From Gammaproteobacteria bacterium (GTDB lineage Bacteria; Pseudomonadota; Gammaproteobacteria; JAADJB01), in NCBI GenBank assembly GCA_013151035.1, contig JAADJB010000019.1, positions 40,936-104,935 of the forward strand: DNA of 64,000 bases, read 5' to 3'. The notes under the pieces are model-generated. The model was not told the DNA's origin. It was given only the letters and a program-made list of their open reading frames with translations, and did no database searches. Each line of letters begins with the position of its first letter. Position 1 is the first letter of the stretch. Shown here piece by piece: positions 47,842 through 57,047 of this stretch. The position numbers were made by a program, and so were the translations under genes.

Positions 47842-48396
47842 ATGACAACAATCCGTTTCAACAAACCCTTCCGGGTACTCACACAATTCCGTGAGGATGG
47901 TACACACACCACCCTGGCAAGCTATATCGACCTAAAAAAGGTCTACCCTGCGGGCAGACTGGATCACGATAGTGAGGGCCTATTATTGTTGACCGATGAC
48001 GGTCGTCTGCAGCATCGTATCTCTGACCCCAAACATAAACTGGAAAAACGTTACTGGGTACAGCTTGAAGGTGAAATCAATGACTCCGCTATTCAACAAC
48101 TGCAACAAGGCGTGTCGTTGAAAGATGGCATGACTAAGAAGGCGTATTGTCGTAGAATTAATGAACCCGCCACGCTCTGGCCACGCGACCCACCGATACG
48201 TCAACGTGCCAATATCCCCACCAGTTGGATTGAACTGGGCATTAAGGAAGGAAAGAACCGACAGGTGAGGCGCATGACCGCAGCCGTGGGGTTCCCAACC
48301 CTGCGCCTGATTCGTTATGCCATTGGATCAATCACACTGGATGGCCTAAAACCAGGTGCATGGGATGAAATTGATGAAACTGAGTTAACGAAATAA
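47842..48396 (+). CDS. rluE: 23S rRNA pseudouridine synthase E
   Basis: 184 aa. PAGRLDHDSEGLLLLTDDG catalytic Asp motif, YWVQLEG, PPIRQRANIPTSWIEL, GKNRQVRRMTAAVGFPTLRLIRYAIG. Collinear with E. coli RluE. Confidence 0.9.
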   Translation: MTTIRFNKPFRVLTQFREDGTHTTLASYIDLKKVYPAGRLDHDSEGLLLLTDDGRLQHRISDPKHKLEKRYWVQLEGEINDSAIQQLQQGVSLKDGMTKKAYCRRINEPATLWPRDPPIRQRANIPTSWIELGIKEGKNRQVRRMTAAVGFPTLRLIRYAIGSITLDGLKPGAWDEIDETELTK

Positions 48397-48398
48397 CA

Positions 48399-48878
48399 GT
48401 GATTAATCATATAAAAATCAGCATTCAAGATCAGCAACTCGAATTACATAAGAGCGATCAATCCGTTCAACGCTACCCAATATCCACTGCAAAAAAGGGT
48501 GCAGGAGAACTGAACGGCAGTGAATGCACCCCAAGGGGGCAGCATCAGATTCGTGCCATGATAGGTTCAAATTGCCCGCTCAATACGGTGTTTGTTGCCC
48601 GTAGACCCACCGGTGAGATCTATAACGAAGCACTGGCACAACAATATCCACAACGCGACTGGATTCTAACGCGTATTCTATGGCTGAGTGGTATGGAGAA
48701 GGGTAAAAATCGTCTGGGTGAAGTTGATACCATGCAACGTTTCATCTACATTCATGGTTGTCCTGATGATTGTCAACTGAGTCAGCCCGGATCACATGGC
48801 TGTATTCGTATGCATAATCAGGATGTTGTGGCATTATTTGATCAGGTAGAACCAGGAACGCCTGTGATTGTTCAGTGA
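48399..48878 (+). CDS. L,D-transpeptidase (YkuD) family protein
   Basis: 159 aa, GTG start. Catalytic IYIHGC...GSHGCIRM motif. Confidence 0.8.
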   Translation: MINHIKISIQDQQLELHKSDQSVQRYPISTAKKGAGELNGSECTPRGQHQIRAMIGSNCPLNTVFVARRPTGEIYNEALAQQYPQRDWILTRILWLSGMEKGKNRLGEVDTMQRFIYIHGCPDDCQLSQPGSHGCIRMHNQDVVALFDQVEPGTPVIVQ

Positions 48879-48879
48879 A

Positions 48880-50448
48880 TCAAGCCAAAACCGCATTAGC
48901 TTGAACGTCTCCCATCTTGATTAAGCGAACATTCTCCTTGCTGATACCCCAGCGGCTATCATGCAACCAGGCCTCCAGTTTTTCAGCAGGCAGAGGGCGA
49001 CTGAATAAATACCCTTGAACCACGTCACAGCCTAATATTTCCAGTACATTTAATGTCTCTTTGTCCTCAACGCCCTCGGCAACAACACTACGCCCCATAT
49101 TATGAGCGAGATCGATAATAGAGCGTACGATAATGGCATTATTCTCATTACGTGTCATATCAGTAACGAAGGAACGATCAATCTTGAGTTCATCAACGGG
49201 GAGCTGATTGAGGTAGGATAATGAAGAAAATCCCGTGCCAAAATCATCAATCGACAGGGTGACACCCATTACATCCAGTTTATCCAGAATTTCTTTAGCC
49301 CTGACAATGTCCTTCATCATGGCACTTTCTGTAACCTCTAGCACCAGACAATTAGCGGGCAGCCCCCATTTCTTTAGCAGTGTATCAATCTGTTTGGGGA
49401 TGCTGATATCCTGTAAGCTACGTGCTGACAGATTAAACGCCATATTGATAAATATTCCCTTGTTACGCCAGATTGAACATTGATGTAGGGCATCATTAAG
49501 AACCCACATTGTTAGCGCATTAATTAAGCCATTTTGTTCAGCAATGGGGATGAACTCATCGGGTGAGATAAAACCATATTCCGGATGTTGCCAGCGAACC
49601 AGAGCTTCTACACTAGTGATTTTTTTGCGATGTAGATCAATCTTGGGTTGAAAGTGTAATAGTAGCTCATCGTTCTCGATGGCCTGTCTGAGTCCACTGC
49701 GCAAGGCCAGTCGTTGCACACTATGAGGGTCTTCTGTTTTTTCATAAACAGAATAAGGGCTATTTGTTTTCTTTGATTGATACATGGCGGTGTCGGCATG
49801 TTGGAGAAGGGTAGAGGCATTGCTGCCGTGTTCAGGGAAGCTGGATAGTCCCATGCTGGCTCTTATTTCCAGATCAATATTGGCAATGACAAAGTTTTTT
49901 TCCAAACAATCATTAATCCGTTCCATGCAGCAAACGGCTTCTTCGATTGTTGTGTCAGGCAATAGTAAGGCAAATTCATCTCCGCCTAAACGCGCCAATA
50001 TATCCCGTTTACGCAATGTTCCTGTGATTCGATTGCTTACTTCTTTCAGTAGTTCATCACCGGCATGATGCCCAAGGGTATCATTGACCTCTTTGAAGCG
50101 ATTAAGGTCGATAATACACAAGACCAGTGGACTTTCATTTAATCGGGAATGCTCAATAACGGCATCAATTTCCCGGTATAAAAAGGCGCGATTGGGTAAT
50201 TGAGTCAGGTCATCGTGGTGTGCCTTGTGAGAAAGCTGTATATTTTGCTGCTCGATATGACGAATAAACTGATAACCAAGCGTCAGGGTAATGACAAAGA
50301 ATATGCCAAGGGTAAGTAAAATGATTTGTTGTAGACTCTGGTTATTAAGAGAGAATAATTCCGGATTTATTCCTGCTCCAGAGAAGATTATCGCTAAAAG
50401 CAGCAATATAGTTGATATCAGGGTTAGTGATCGTAATCTAACACGCAT
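48880..50448 (-). CDS. Membrane GGDEF-EAL c-di-GMP turnover protein
   Basis: 522 aa. Two N-terminal TM helices, RLGGDEFALL, EAL domain (VEALVRWQHPE, DDFGTGFSSL). Confidence 0.9.
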   Translation of the reverse strand: MRVRLRSLTLISTILLLLAIIFSGAGINPELFSLNNQSLQQIILLTLGIFFVITLTLGYQFIRHIEQQNIQLSHKAHHDDLTQLPNRAFLYREIDAVIEHSRLNESPLVLCIIDLNRFKEVNDTLGHHAGDELLKEVSNRITGTLRKRDILARLGGDEFALLLPDTTIEEAVCCMERINDCLEKNFVIANIDLEIRASMGLSSFPEHGSNASTLLQHADTAMYQSKKTNSPYSVYEKTEDPHSVQRLALRSGLRQAIENDELLLHFQPKIDLHRKKITSVEALVRWQHPEYGFISPDEFIPIAEQNGLINALTMWVLNDALHQCSIWRNKGIFINMAFNLSARSLQDISIPKQIDTLLKKWGLPANCLVLEVTESAMMKDIVRAKEILDKLDVMGVTLSIDDFGTGFSSLSYLNQLPVDELKIDRSFVTDMTRNENNAIIVRSIIDLAHNMGRSVVAEGVEDKETLNVLEILGCDVVQGYLFSRPLPAEKLEAWLHDSRWGISKENVRLIKMGDVQANAVLA

Positions 50449-50616
50449 AATAAATTTTTTCTCTTTTCAGTAGCACATCCCTGATGATGGTTGACTTGCA
50501 GATCTATCGTCAGATAACAGCTTAACTTTAGTGATTTTTCAGGTGTTTTGATGTATTCCAATTAATACTAATAAAGGTACAATAAGCCCCATGATAATCA
50601 TATTAAAGGGTGAGCA

Positions 50617-51651
50617 ATGACCTTAGGGCCTGTCATGCTGGATCTACAAGGACTTCAGCTTCTGGAAGAGGAAAAAGATCTGTTGAAACACCCCAGCGTA
50701 GGAGGTGTTATCCTGTTTGCGCGCAATTTCGAATCACCACAACAACTCCAGGCATTAACCCGAGCTATCCATGAGACGCGAACCCCACGTCTGTTAATTG
50801 CCGTTGATCAGGAAGGAGGTCGGGTACAACGTTTTCGAGAGGGTTTTACACACCTGCCAGCGGTTGCTGAACTGGGGCTGTTATACACACATGAACGTCG
50901 ACACGCCCTGTTACTAGCAGAGATTACCGGTTGGTTAATGGCAAGTGAGTTACTGGCTTGTGGGGTAGACCTGAGTTTTGCCCCGGTACTGGATTTGAAC
51001 AAAGAGCAGAGCGAGGTCATTGGTGATCGCGCCTTCCACCAACAAGCGGAAGTTGTCGCTGATCTGGCTCATGCCTATCAACACGGTATGTTACGTGCGG
51101 GGATGCAGCCTGTTGGCAAGCATTTCCCTGGACATGGCTCCGTTATCGCCGATTCACATCTAAGCCTGCCAGTGGACACACGCGGCTACCCTGATGTGCG
51201 TATGGATGATCTTATTGTGTTTGAACGGATGGTTCACTATGGTATCAATGCACTGATGACAGCACATATACAGTATCCTCATATTGATGAACAGATTGTG
51301 AGTTATTCCCGCTTCTGGTTGGAACAGGTATTGCGTGGCGAGCTGAATTATCAAGGTGCAATCTTTAGTGATGATCTGAGCATGGAGGCTGCGGCGGGTG
51401 CGGGGGATTATCCGGCACGCGCTAGAACAGCGCTGGATGCGGGTTGTGATATGGTGCTGGTTTGTAATCACCCCCAGCAGGCCATTGAGGTGGTGCAAGA
51501 CCTGGCAGAGGATAGTAATCCGGTCTCCGGCATAAGACTGGCTCATCTTCATGGGCATCGACATATTACATGGGATGAATTACATGATAATATTCACTGG
51601 TCACAGGCCGTTGCCATGGTGCACGGTTATGCAAACAATCAGGATTCTTAA
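50617..51651 (+). CDS. nagZ: Beta-N-acetylhexosaminidase (peptidoglycan recycling)
   Basis: 344 aa. GGVILFARNF, AVDQEGGRVQRF, KHFPGHG, SDDLSM. Confidence 0.9.
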   Translation: MTLGPVMLDLQGLQLLEEEKDLLKHPSVGGVILFARNFESPQQLQALTRAIHETRTPRLLIAVDQEGGRVQRFREGFTHLPAVAELGLLYTHERRHALLLAEITGWLMASELLACGVDLSFAPVLDLNKEQSEVIGDRAFHQQAEVVADLAHAYQHGMLRAGMQPVGKHFPGHGSVIADSHLSLPVDTRGYPDVRMDDLIVFERMVHYGINALMTAHIQYPHIDEQIVSYSRFWLEQVLRGELNYQGAIFSDDLSMEAAAGAGDYPARARTALDAGCDMVLVCNHPQQAIEVVQDLAEDSNPVSGIRLAHLHGHRHITWDELHDNIHWSQAVAMVHGYANNQDS

Positions 51652-51656
51652 CACCT

Positions 51657-52766
51657 ATGGATTTTATTAATTACATTGATAACTGGCAAATATGGGAAGA
51701 CTGGATTATTCAGGTCTTTGTTGTTGTGTTTATTACCTTGCTCCTTGATTTTCTGCAACGTCGCATCCTGGTACATCTGCACAAACAAGTACAGGCGACA
51801 AAAACCCCGTGGGATGATGCCTTAATCGAATCGGCACAAAAACCAGCAAGTCTATTGATCTGGGCGATCGGTATTACCTTTGCTGCGGAGATCATCTACC
51901 AGGAGACCGAGGCCAGTATCTTTATGGCACTGGGGCCGATTCGTGATATTGGCATTATTACAGCCATTACCTGGTTTCTGGTACGCCTGACTAACAGTGT
52001 TCAGGTTAATCTGATTACTATTAATCAACAGCAGGAGAAGGACTTTGATCGCACCACGATTGATGCCATTACCAAACTGACACGTTTGTCGATTATTATT
52101 ACCTCTGCCCTGGTTGCCATGCAGACTCTGGGTTTTAGTATATCGGGTGTGCTGGCATTCGGCGGTATCGGTGGTATTGCGGTCGGCTTTGCTGCTAAGG
52201 ATCTACTGGCTAATTTCTTTGGTGGGTTAATGATCTATCTGGATCGCCCCTTTGCAGTGGGTGACTGGATTCGTTCACCTGATCGTAATATCGAGGGGAC
52301 GGTTGAATCTATCGGCTGGCGACTCACCCGTATCCGTAGTTTTGACAAACGTCCGATCTATATACCCAATTCAATTTTTATGGCCATTGCCGTTGAGAAC
52401 CCACAACGCATGTCACATCGCAGGATCTATGAAACCATTGGTATACGCTATGATGATGCCGACAAGATGGCTCAGATCACTCAGGATGTGCGTACTATGC
52501 TACAAAACCATGAGGCCATTGACACGTCTCAGACCTTGATGGTCAACTTCACCAGTTTTGCCCCGTCATCGCTGGACTTTTTTGTCTATACCTTCACGCA
52601 TACCACCGTATGGACAGAGTTTCATGAAATCAAGCAGGATGTGTTGTTAAAGATCAATGCAATCATTGCACAACATGGTGCCGAGATAGCCTTCCCAACA
52701 TCCACCTTGCATCTTGCCAAGCCGTTACCATCAGATATGATGGCAGGACAAGGCAATGCCGAGTAA
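51657..52766 (+). CDS. Mechanosensitive ion channel (MscS family)
   Basis: 369 aa. Multiple TM helices, then the conserved PFAVGDWIRSPDRNIEGTVESIGWRLTRIRSFDKRPIYIPNS beta-domain. Confidence 0.85.
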   Translation: MDFINYIDNWQIWEDWIIQVFVVVFITLLLDFLQRRILVHLHKQVQATKTPWDDALIESAQKPASLLIWAIGITFAAEIIYQETEASIFMALGPIRDIGIITAITWFLVRLTNSVQVNLITINQQQEKDFDRTTIDAITKLTRLSIIITSALVAMQTLGFSISGVLAFGGIGGIAVGFAAKDLLANFFGGLMIYLDRPFAVGDWIRSPDRNIEGTVESIGWRLTRIRSFDKRPIYIPNSIFMAIAVENPQRMSHRRIYETIGIRYDDADKMAQITQDVRTMLQNHEAIDTSQTLMVNFTSFAPSSLDFFVYTFTHTTVWTEFHEIKQDVLLKINAIIAQHGAEIAFPTSTLHLAKPLPSDMMAGQGNAE

Positions 52767-53121
52767 ATTATTGATCATCATCTCACAAGACCCTGGCGAT
52801 ACCTTGTCGATGGCAACTATACTCTCACGCAGTCGGGTGGCAGCTGCAATGGAATATGAGGTTGAGGTTATCTTTACCGGTCATGCCGCCAAACTGGCCT
52901 GTGAAGGGATCGCACAAGGGTTACCTTCACACCTGCATAGCCATCATAGCCTGCATGATCTAATCAAGGAGAGCGTTGATGACGGTGTTGTCTTTAAGGT
53001 CTGCTCAGCCATGATGGAGAGTATGGAAGCGAATAGTATCAGTGAGATTCAGGATACGGTGGGGGAGGCCTATATCATTAGCGAGGCAATGGATAGTGAT
53101 TGCCGGGTGATGACTTTCTAA
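52756..53121 (+). CDS. DsrE/DsrF-like family protein
   Basis: 121 aa. KLLIIISQDP..., EVEVIFTGHAAKL, VVFKVCSAMM. Weak, by-eye similarity to the DsrE fold family. Confidence 0.45.
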   Translation: MPSKLLIIISQDPGDTLSMATILSRSRVAAAMEYEVEVIFTGHAAKLACEGIAQGLPSHLHSHHSLHDLIKESVDDGVVFKVCSAMMESMEANSISEIQDTVGEAYIISEAMDSDCRVMTF

Positions 53122-53651
53122 TGGATCAGGCACGCCAGAACGCCCGTTGTATCTACACCCGTGATGAGGTCAATAACGCGATACAACAGATGGCTGATGA
53201 GATCAATCAACACCCGACATTGCCCGCTAGCCAACCTGTTGTTATTTGTGTTATGAATGGTGGACTGGTTCTAACCGGACAGATACTGCCCTTATTAAAC
53301 TTCCCGTTGCAACTGGATTATCTACATGCCACTCGTTATCAGGGGGCACAAGAGGGTGGTGAATTACACTGGATCAACAAGCCACAAACCAGCCTGAAAG
53401 GGCGCGCAGTTTTATTACTGGATGATATCATGGAGCAAGGCATCACGCTGGCAAGGGTGATAGATTATTGCAAGGAACAGGAAGCCAGCGCTGTTTATTG
53501 TGGCATATTGTTAAAGAAAAAACTCCAGCAACGTCAATGTGAGATCGAGATTGATTTCACCGGGTTGGAGATCGATGATTATTACGTCTTTGGCTTCGGT
53601 ATGGATCTGGATCACTATTGGCGTAACGCAGACGGGATTTATGCAATATGA
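53121..53651 (+). CDS. hpt: Hypoxanthine/guanine phosphoribosyltransferase
   Basis: ATG 53121 overlaps the upstream stop (TAATG). PRPP-binding motif VLLLDDIMEQGITL. Confidence 0.8.
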   Translation: MDQARQNARCIYTRDEVNNAIQQMADEINQHPTLPASQPVVICVMNGGLVLTGQILPLLNFPLQLDYLHATRYQGAQEGGELHWINKPQTSLKGRAVLLLDDIMEQGITLARVIDYCKEQEASAVYCGILLKKKLQQRQCEIEIDFTGLEIDDYYVFGFGMDLDHYWRNADGIYAI

Positions 53652-53670
53652 CTACTAAAAGCTATACCAT

Positions 53671-53775
53671 CGCTGTGAATACATCCATGTAGGCTCGATG
53701 CCCGCGTCCATGCGGGCAACGGTCTCTGTTAGAGAAGAACAATCCTTATCTCTTGAGTTAACGGGACAGCAGTGA
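53671..53775. repeat. MITE-like element, copy 3 (left TIR missing) with tail module
   Basis: CGCTGTGAATACATCCATGTAGGCTCGATGCCCGCGTCCATGCGGGCAACGGTCTCTGTTAGAGAAGAACAATCC plus tail TTATCTCTTGAGTTAACGGGACAGCAGTGA. Confidence 0.8.
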
Positions 53776-53821
53776 TTTTTAGCGTTAGATTTCACAAGAG
53801 TACGTACAGGGGAAACGTAAT

Positions 53822-55594
53822 ATGGCATATCGTGAAATATGGGAAATTGAAGTTCGTCATAATGGGCTAAACAAATATCGCCATATACGTGGTTCAGATA
53901 AATATATCGTTGAGCAAAAAGCCGCTGCACAGCGAATCACTTGGGATGAGATGTGGGATAAAAAACAAATAGCAGAACAAAAAAAGAAAGATAGAGAATC
54001 TGCAATTAGAAGTAAAGAAGAAAAAAAAGAACTAGCAAAAACAAAAACAAAAGAAGCAATGGAAGCTATAAATAAACTCGAAACAATATTACTGCATACA
54101 CTAAAAGTCGATGATGCAATTGATTGGTCTAGTTTGCTGGACAATAAAAAATATTCTATAAAAAAACCTATTAAAAAGAAATATTCCACAAAGAAGCCAA
54201 TCAAGCCTAAACCGGCTCAGAATCCTTCTGAACCAAATAGAACAAATGTGAAATACAAGCCTAAATTGGGTTTTTTCGATAAACTATTATCTAAATCAAG
54301 AAAAATAAAAGAAGATGAAGCGGAAAAATTATTTAATTCTGACTATGAAGGATGGAAGAAAAACAAACAGAAAACCCAGAAAAAAAATGAAGGAATAGAA
54401 TCTGATTACCAAAAAAACATTAAAGATTGGGAGATTCATAAAAAAGCCTTTGATAAAAAACAGGATGAATTGATCGGCGGTTGGGTAAATAAAAAAAGCA
54501 ACCACGAACAAAAGAAAAAAGAGAGCAACAATAAAATATTAGCCAAGAAATCAGAATACCAAAACAAGGATGCTGGAGCCGTTTCTGATTACTGTGAAAT
54601 GGTATTAACAAATTCAAAATATCCAAATTATTTCCCACAAGAATGGGATATTGATTATCAAGCAGATACTAAAATATTAATCATCGATTATTCTCTTCCA
54701 GATCTGGATATTTTACCAACAATCAAGGCAGTGAAATATATTGTTTCAAGGGATGAATTTATTGAAACCAACCTGTCCAGTACTGCATTAAATAAACTAT
54801 ATGACGGGCTTCTTTATCAAATTTCGATAAGGACAATTCATGAATTGTATGAGGCAGATGTTGTAAATGCGATTGATTCGATTGTATTCAATGGGTGGGT
54901 TAATTCAATAGATAAAGCAACTGGGCATAACGTAAACTCTTGCATTATGTCCCTCCAAGCATCTAGGGATGAATTTTTAGCAATTAATCTTGGAAAAGCT
55001 GATCCAAAAGCCAGTTTCAAACAACTTAAGGGTGTCGGTAGCAGCAAGCTACATGGATTATCACCTGTTGCACCAATTATCAATATAAACAAGGAAGATC
55101 GACGTTTTGTTTCAGCTTACGAAGTGGTAGATGGAATTGATGAGACAGATAATCTTGCTGCTATGGATTGGAAAGATTTTGAAAATCTAATTCGTGAAGT
55201 ATTTGAAAAAGAATTTGTTAGTTCAGGCGGTGAAGTAAAAATAACACAAGCAAGCCGTGACGGAGGCGTTGATGCTATTGCCTTCGACCCTGACCCAATA
55301 CGAGGAGGAAAAATCGTTATTCAAGCAAAGAGATATACAAATGTTGTTGGGGTTTCTGCTGTAAGAGATTTATTTGGAACAACAGTAAATGAAGGAGCAA
55401 CAAAGGGTATTCTTGTAACAACAGCCGATTTTGGCCCCGATGCTTATGAATTTATTAAAGGAAAGCCACTCACATTATTAAATGGTGGAAATTTACTTCA
55501 TTTGCTCGAAAAACATGGGCATAGAGCTAAAATTGATTTAAAAGAAGCTAAAAAGATATTAGCTGAGGAAAAATCTAATGCATATGAGCCATAA
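53822..55594 (+). CDS. Mrr-type (Mrr_cat) restriction endonuclease-domain protein with Lys-rich N-terminal half
   Basis: 590 aa. C-terminal DWKDFENLIREVF...QASRDGGVDAIAF...IVIQAKRY...GILVTTADF is a PD-(D/E)xK Mrr_cat signature. The N-terminal ~250 aa are K/E-rich and of low complexity (KKYSIKKPIKKKYSTKKPIKPKP). The DNA is visibly A-rich relative to its flanks. Confidence 0.8.
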   Translation: MAYREIWEIEVRHNGLNKYRHIRGSDKYIVEQKAAAQRITWDEMWDKKQIAEQKKKDRESAIRSKEEKKELAKTKTKEAMEAINKLETILLHTLKVDDAIDWSSLLDNKKYSIKKPIKKKYSTKKPIKPKPAQNPSEPNRTNVKYKPKLGFFDKLLSKSRKIKEDEAEKLFNSDYEGWKKNKQKTQKKNEGIESDYQKNIKDWEIHKKAFDKKQDELIGGWVNKKSNHEQKKKESNNKILAKKSEYQNKDAGAVSDYCEMVLTNSKYPNYFPQEWDIDYQADTKILIIDYSLPDLDILPTIKAVKYIVSRDEFIETNLSSTALNKLYDGLLYQISIRTIHELYEADVVNAIDSIVFNGWVNSIDKATGHNVNSCIMSLQASRDEFLAINLGKADPKASFKQLKGVGSSKLHGLSPVAPIININKEDRRFVSAYEVVDGIDETDNLAAMDWKDFENLIREVFEKEFVSSGGEVKITQASRDGGVDAIAFDPDPIRGGKIVIQAKRYTNVVGVSAVRDLFGTTVNEGATKGILVTTADFGPDAYEFIKGKPLTLLNGGNLLHLLEKHGHRAKIDLKEAKKILAEEKSNAYEP

Positions 55595-55634
55595 CTCTGT
55601 TAATTACTAATTATTGGGGTCTCCAGGAAAATTT

Positions 55635-55673
55635 GTGTCCAATATTGACATAAATGGACACGCGATATATATT
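55635..55673 (+). promoter_or_regulatory. Candidate sigma70 promoter of parDE with overlapping inverted-repeat operator
   Basis: -35 TTGACA (55645-55650), 17-nt spacer, -10 TATATT (55668-55673). Inverted repeat GTGTCCA (55635-55641) and TGGACAC (55655-55661). Confidence 0.55.
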
Positions 55674-55695
55674 TATTCTGTGGAGGCATCAATTT

Positions 55696-55947
55696 ATGAA
55701 CGTTAGCTTAAGCTCAACCTTTGAGACCTATATTCAGAAACAACTGGATGATGGGATTTATAATAACGCGAGTGAGGTTATTCGCGAGGCATTGCGATTA
55801 AAAATGCAACAGGATGAAATATATCACACCCGGCTGGAATCTTTACGCACTGCAATTATTCAAGGTGAAGAAAGTGGCGATGCTGTATCTTTTGATATAC
55901 ACGATATTATTCAAGAGGCTAAAAAAGATGCGGGGTTGAATGCCTGA
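55696..55947 (+). CDS. parD: Type II antitoxin ParD (RHH, CC2985-like)
   Basis: MNVSLSSTFETYIQKQLDDGIYNNASEVIREALRLKMQQDE. TGGAGG lies upstream of ATG 55696. Confidence 0.85.
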   Translation: MNVSLSSTFETYIQKQLDDGIYNNASEVIREALRLKMQQDEIYHTRLESLRTAIIQGEESGDAVSFDIHDIIQEAKKDAGLNA

Positions 55948-56231
55948 AGTCTTAATACGACCACAAGCTAGAAATGATATTAAAAAAAATCTGGCGTTAC
56001 ACCTGTAATAATTTCGGAGAAAGACAAGCGGATATTTACACAAATGCACTCGGGCAGGCAATTGAGGAGCTATCTGAAAACCCAGGGATAGGGAGTGATA
56101 TTGAACTTATCCGGAAAGGTTACAGACTTTACCATTTCAAACATCATTTTGTTATTTATCACCCATCATCAAAAGTAATTGATATAGTACGTGTGCTTGG
56201 TGAAAATATGGAAATTAAGCGACACTTATAA
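55940..56231 (+). pseudogene. parE: ParE/RelE-family toxin interrupted by a +1 nt frameshift in an A8 run
   Basis: ATG 55940 overlaps the parD end and reads MPEVLIRPQARNDIKK, then hits a stop at 56006. The rest (IWRYTCNNFGERQADIYTNAL...VIDIVRVLGENMEIKRHL) is in the +1 frame (track ORF 55974..56231). The switch point is A8 at 55982-55989; A7 would give one ORF. Confidence 0.7.
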
Positions 56232-56261
56232 CAGGCTTGATTAATATCAGGCCATAAAAGC

Positions 56262-57047
56262 ATGGGTTCCCTGAACATGAGCACTAAAAACTACACCATC
56301 GCCGTGATTGGTGGCACGGGTCTGAATCAAATCGAAAACTTCGAGATTGAACGACGCGAGGTGGTACACACACCTTATGGTCGTCCATCAGCACCCCTGG
56401 TTCATGGTTGTCTGAATAACATCCCCATTGTGTTTCTTGCCCGTCATGGCTCGGGGCACAGAATTCCACCGCATCATATTAATTATCGCGCTAATATATG
56501 GGCGTTGAAGCATGCCGGGGTTAGCCAGATTGTTGCTATTGCTGCAGTGGGTGGTATCAATGCTGATATGCCTGTTGGCACATTGGTGATACCTGAACAG
56601 ATTATTGATTACACCTCGATGCGTAAACATACTTTTTTTGAAGGCAATGATATTGACCATGTGACGCACATTGATTTTTCCTACCCTTATTGTCCTAATC
56701 TGAGGGCGGCATTGATTAAAGCCGCTGATGCCGCATCGGTTCCCTATTATAATGGTGGTACCTATGGTGCAACTCAGGGCCCGCGTTTAGAAACTGCCGC
56801 CGAGATCAATCGTATGGAGCGTGATGGTTGTGATCTGGTCGGCATGACCGGTATGCCCGAAGCGGCATTGGCTAAGGAACTGGAAATGCATTACGTCACC
56901 TGTGCCGTAATTGCCAACAGAGCCGCCGGGCGTGGCGATCAAACGATTACTATGCGAGATATTGAACAGAATCTGGTGAGCGGCATGGTTTATGTGCGTA
57001 AATTATTGGGGCAAATGGTAACGACACCCTGTGATATTAATTTGTAA
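56262..57047 (+). CDS. mtnP: S-methyl-5'-thioadenosine/thioinosine phosphorylase (MTAP family)
   Basis: 261 aa. IGGTGL, FLARHG..H.IPPH.INYRANIWAL, TQGPRLETAAEI, DLVGMTGMPEAALAKELE. The start may be ATG 56277. Confidence 0.85.
   Translation: MGSLNMSTKNYTIAVIGGTGLNQIENFEIERREVVHTPYGRPSAPLVHGCLNNIPIVFLARHGSGHRIPPHHINYRANIWALKHAGVSQIVAIAAVGGINADMPVGTLVIPEQIIDYTSMRKHTFFEGNDIDHVTHIDFSYPYCPNLRAALIKAADAASVPYYNGGTYGATQGPRLETAAEINRMERDGCDLVGMTGMPEAALAKELEMHYVTCAVIANRAAGRGDQTITMRDIEQNLVSGMVYVRKLLGQMVTTPCDINL

Noticed and set aside
56232-56262. 8-bp stem hairpin GGCTTGAT-TAAT-ATCAGGCC after parE as a possible rho-independent terminator
   Set aside because: No U-tract follows on either strand, so I cannot support a terminator call.
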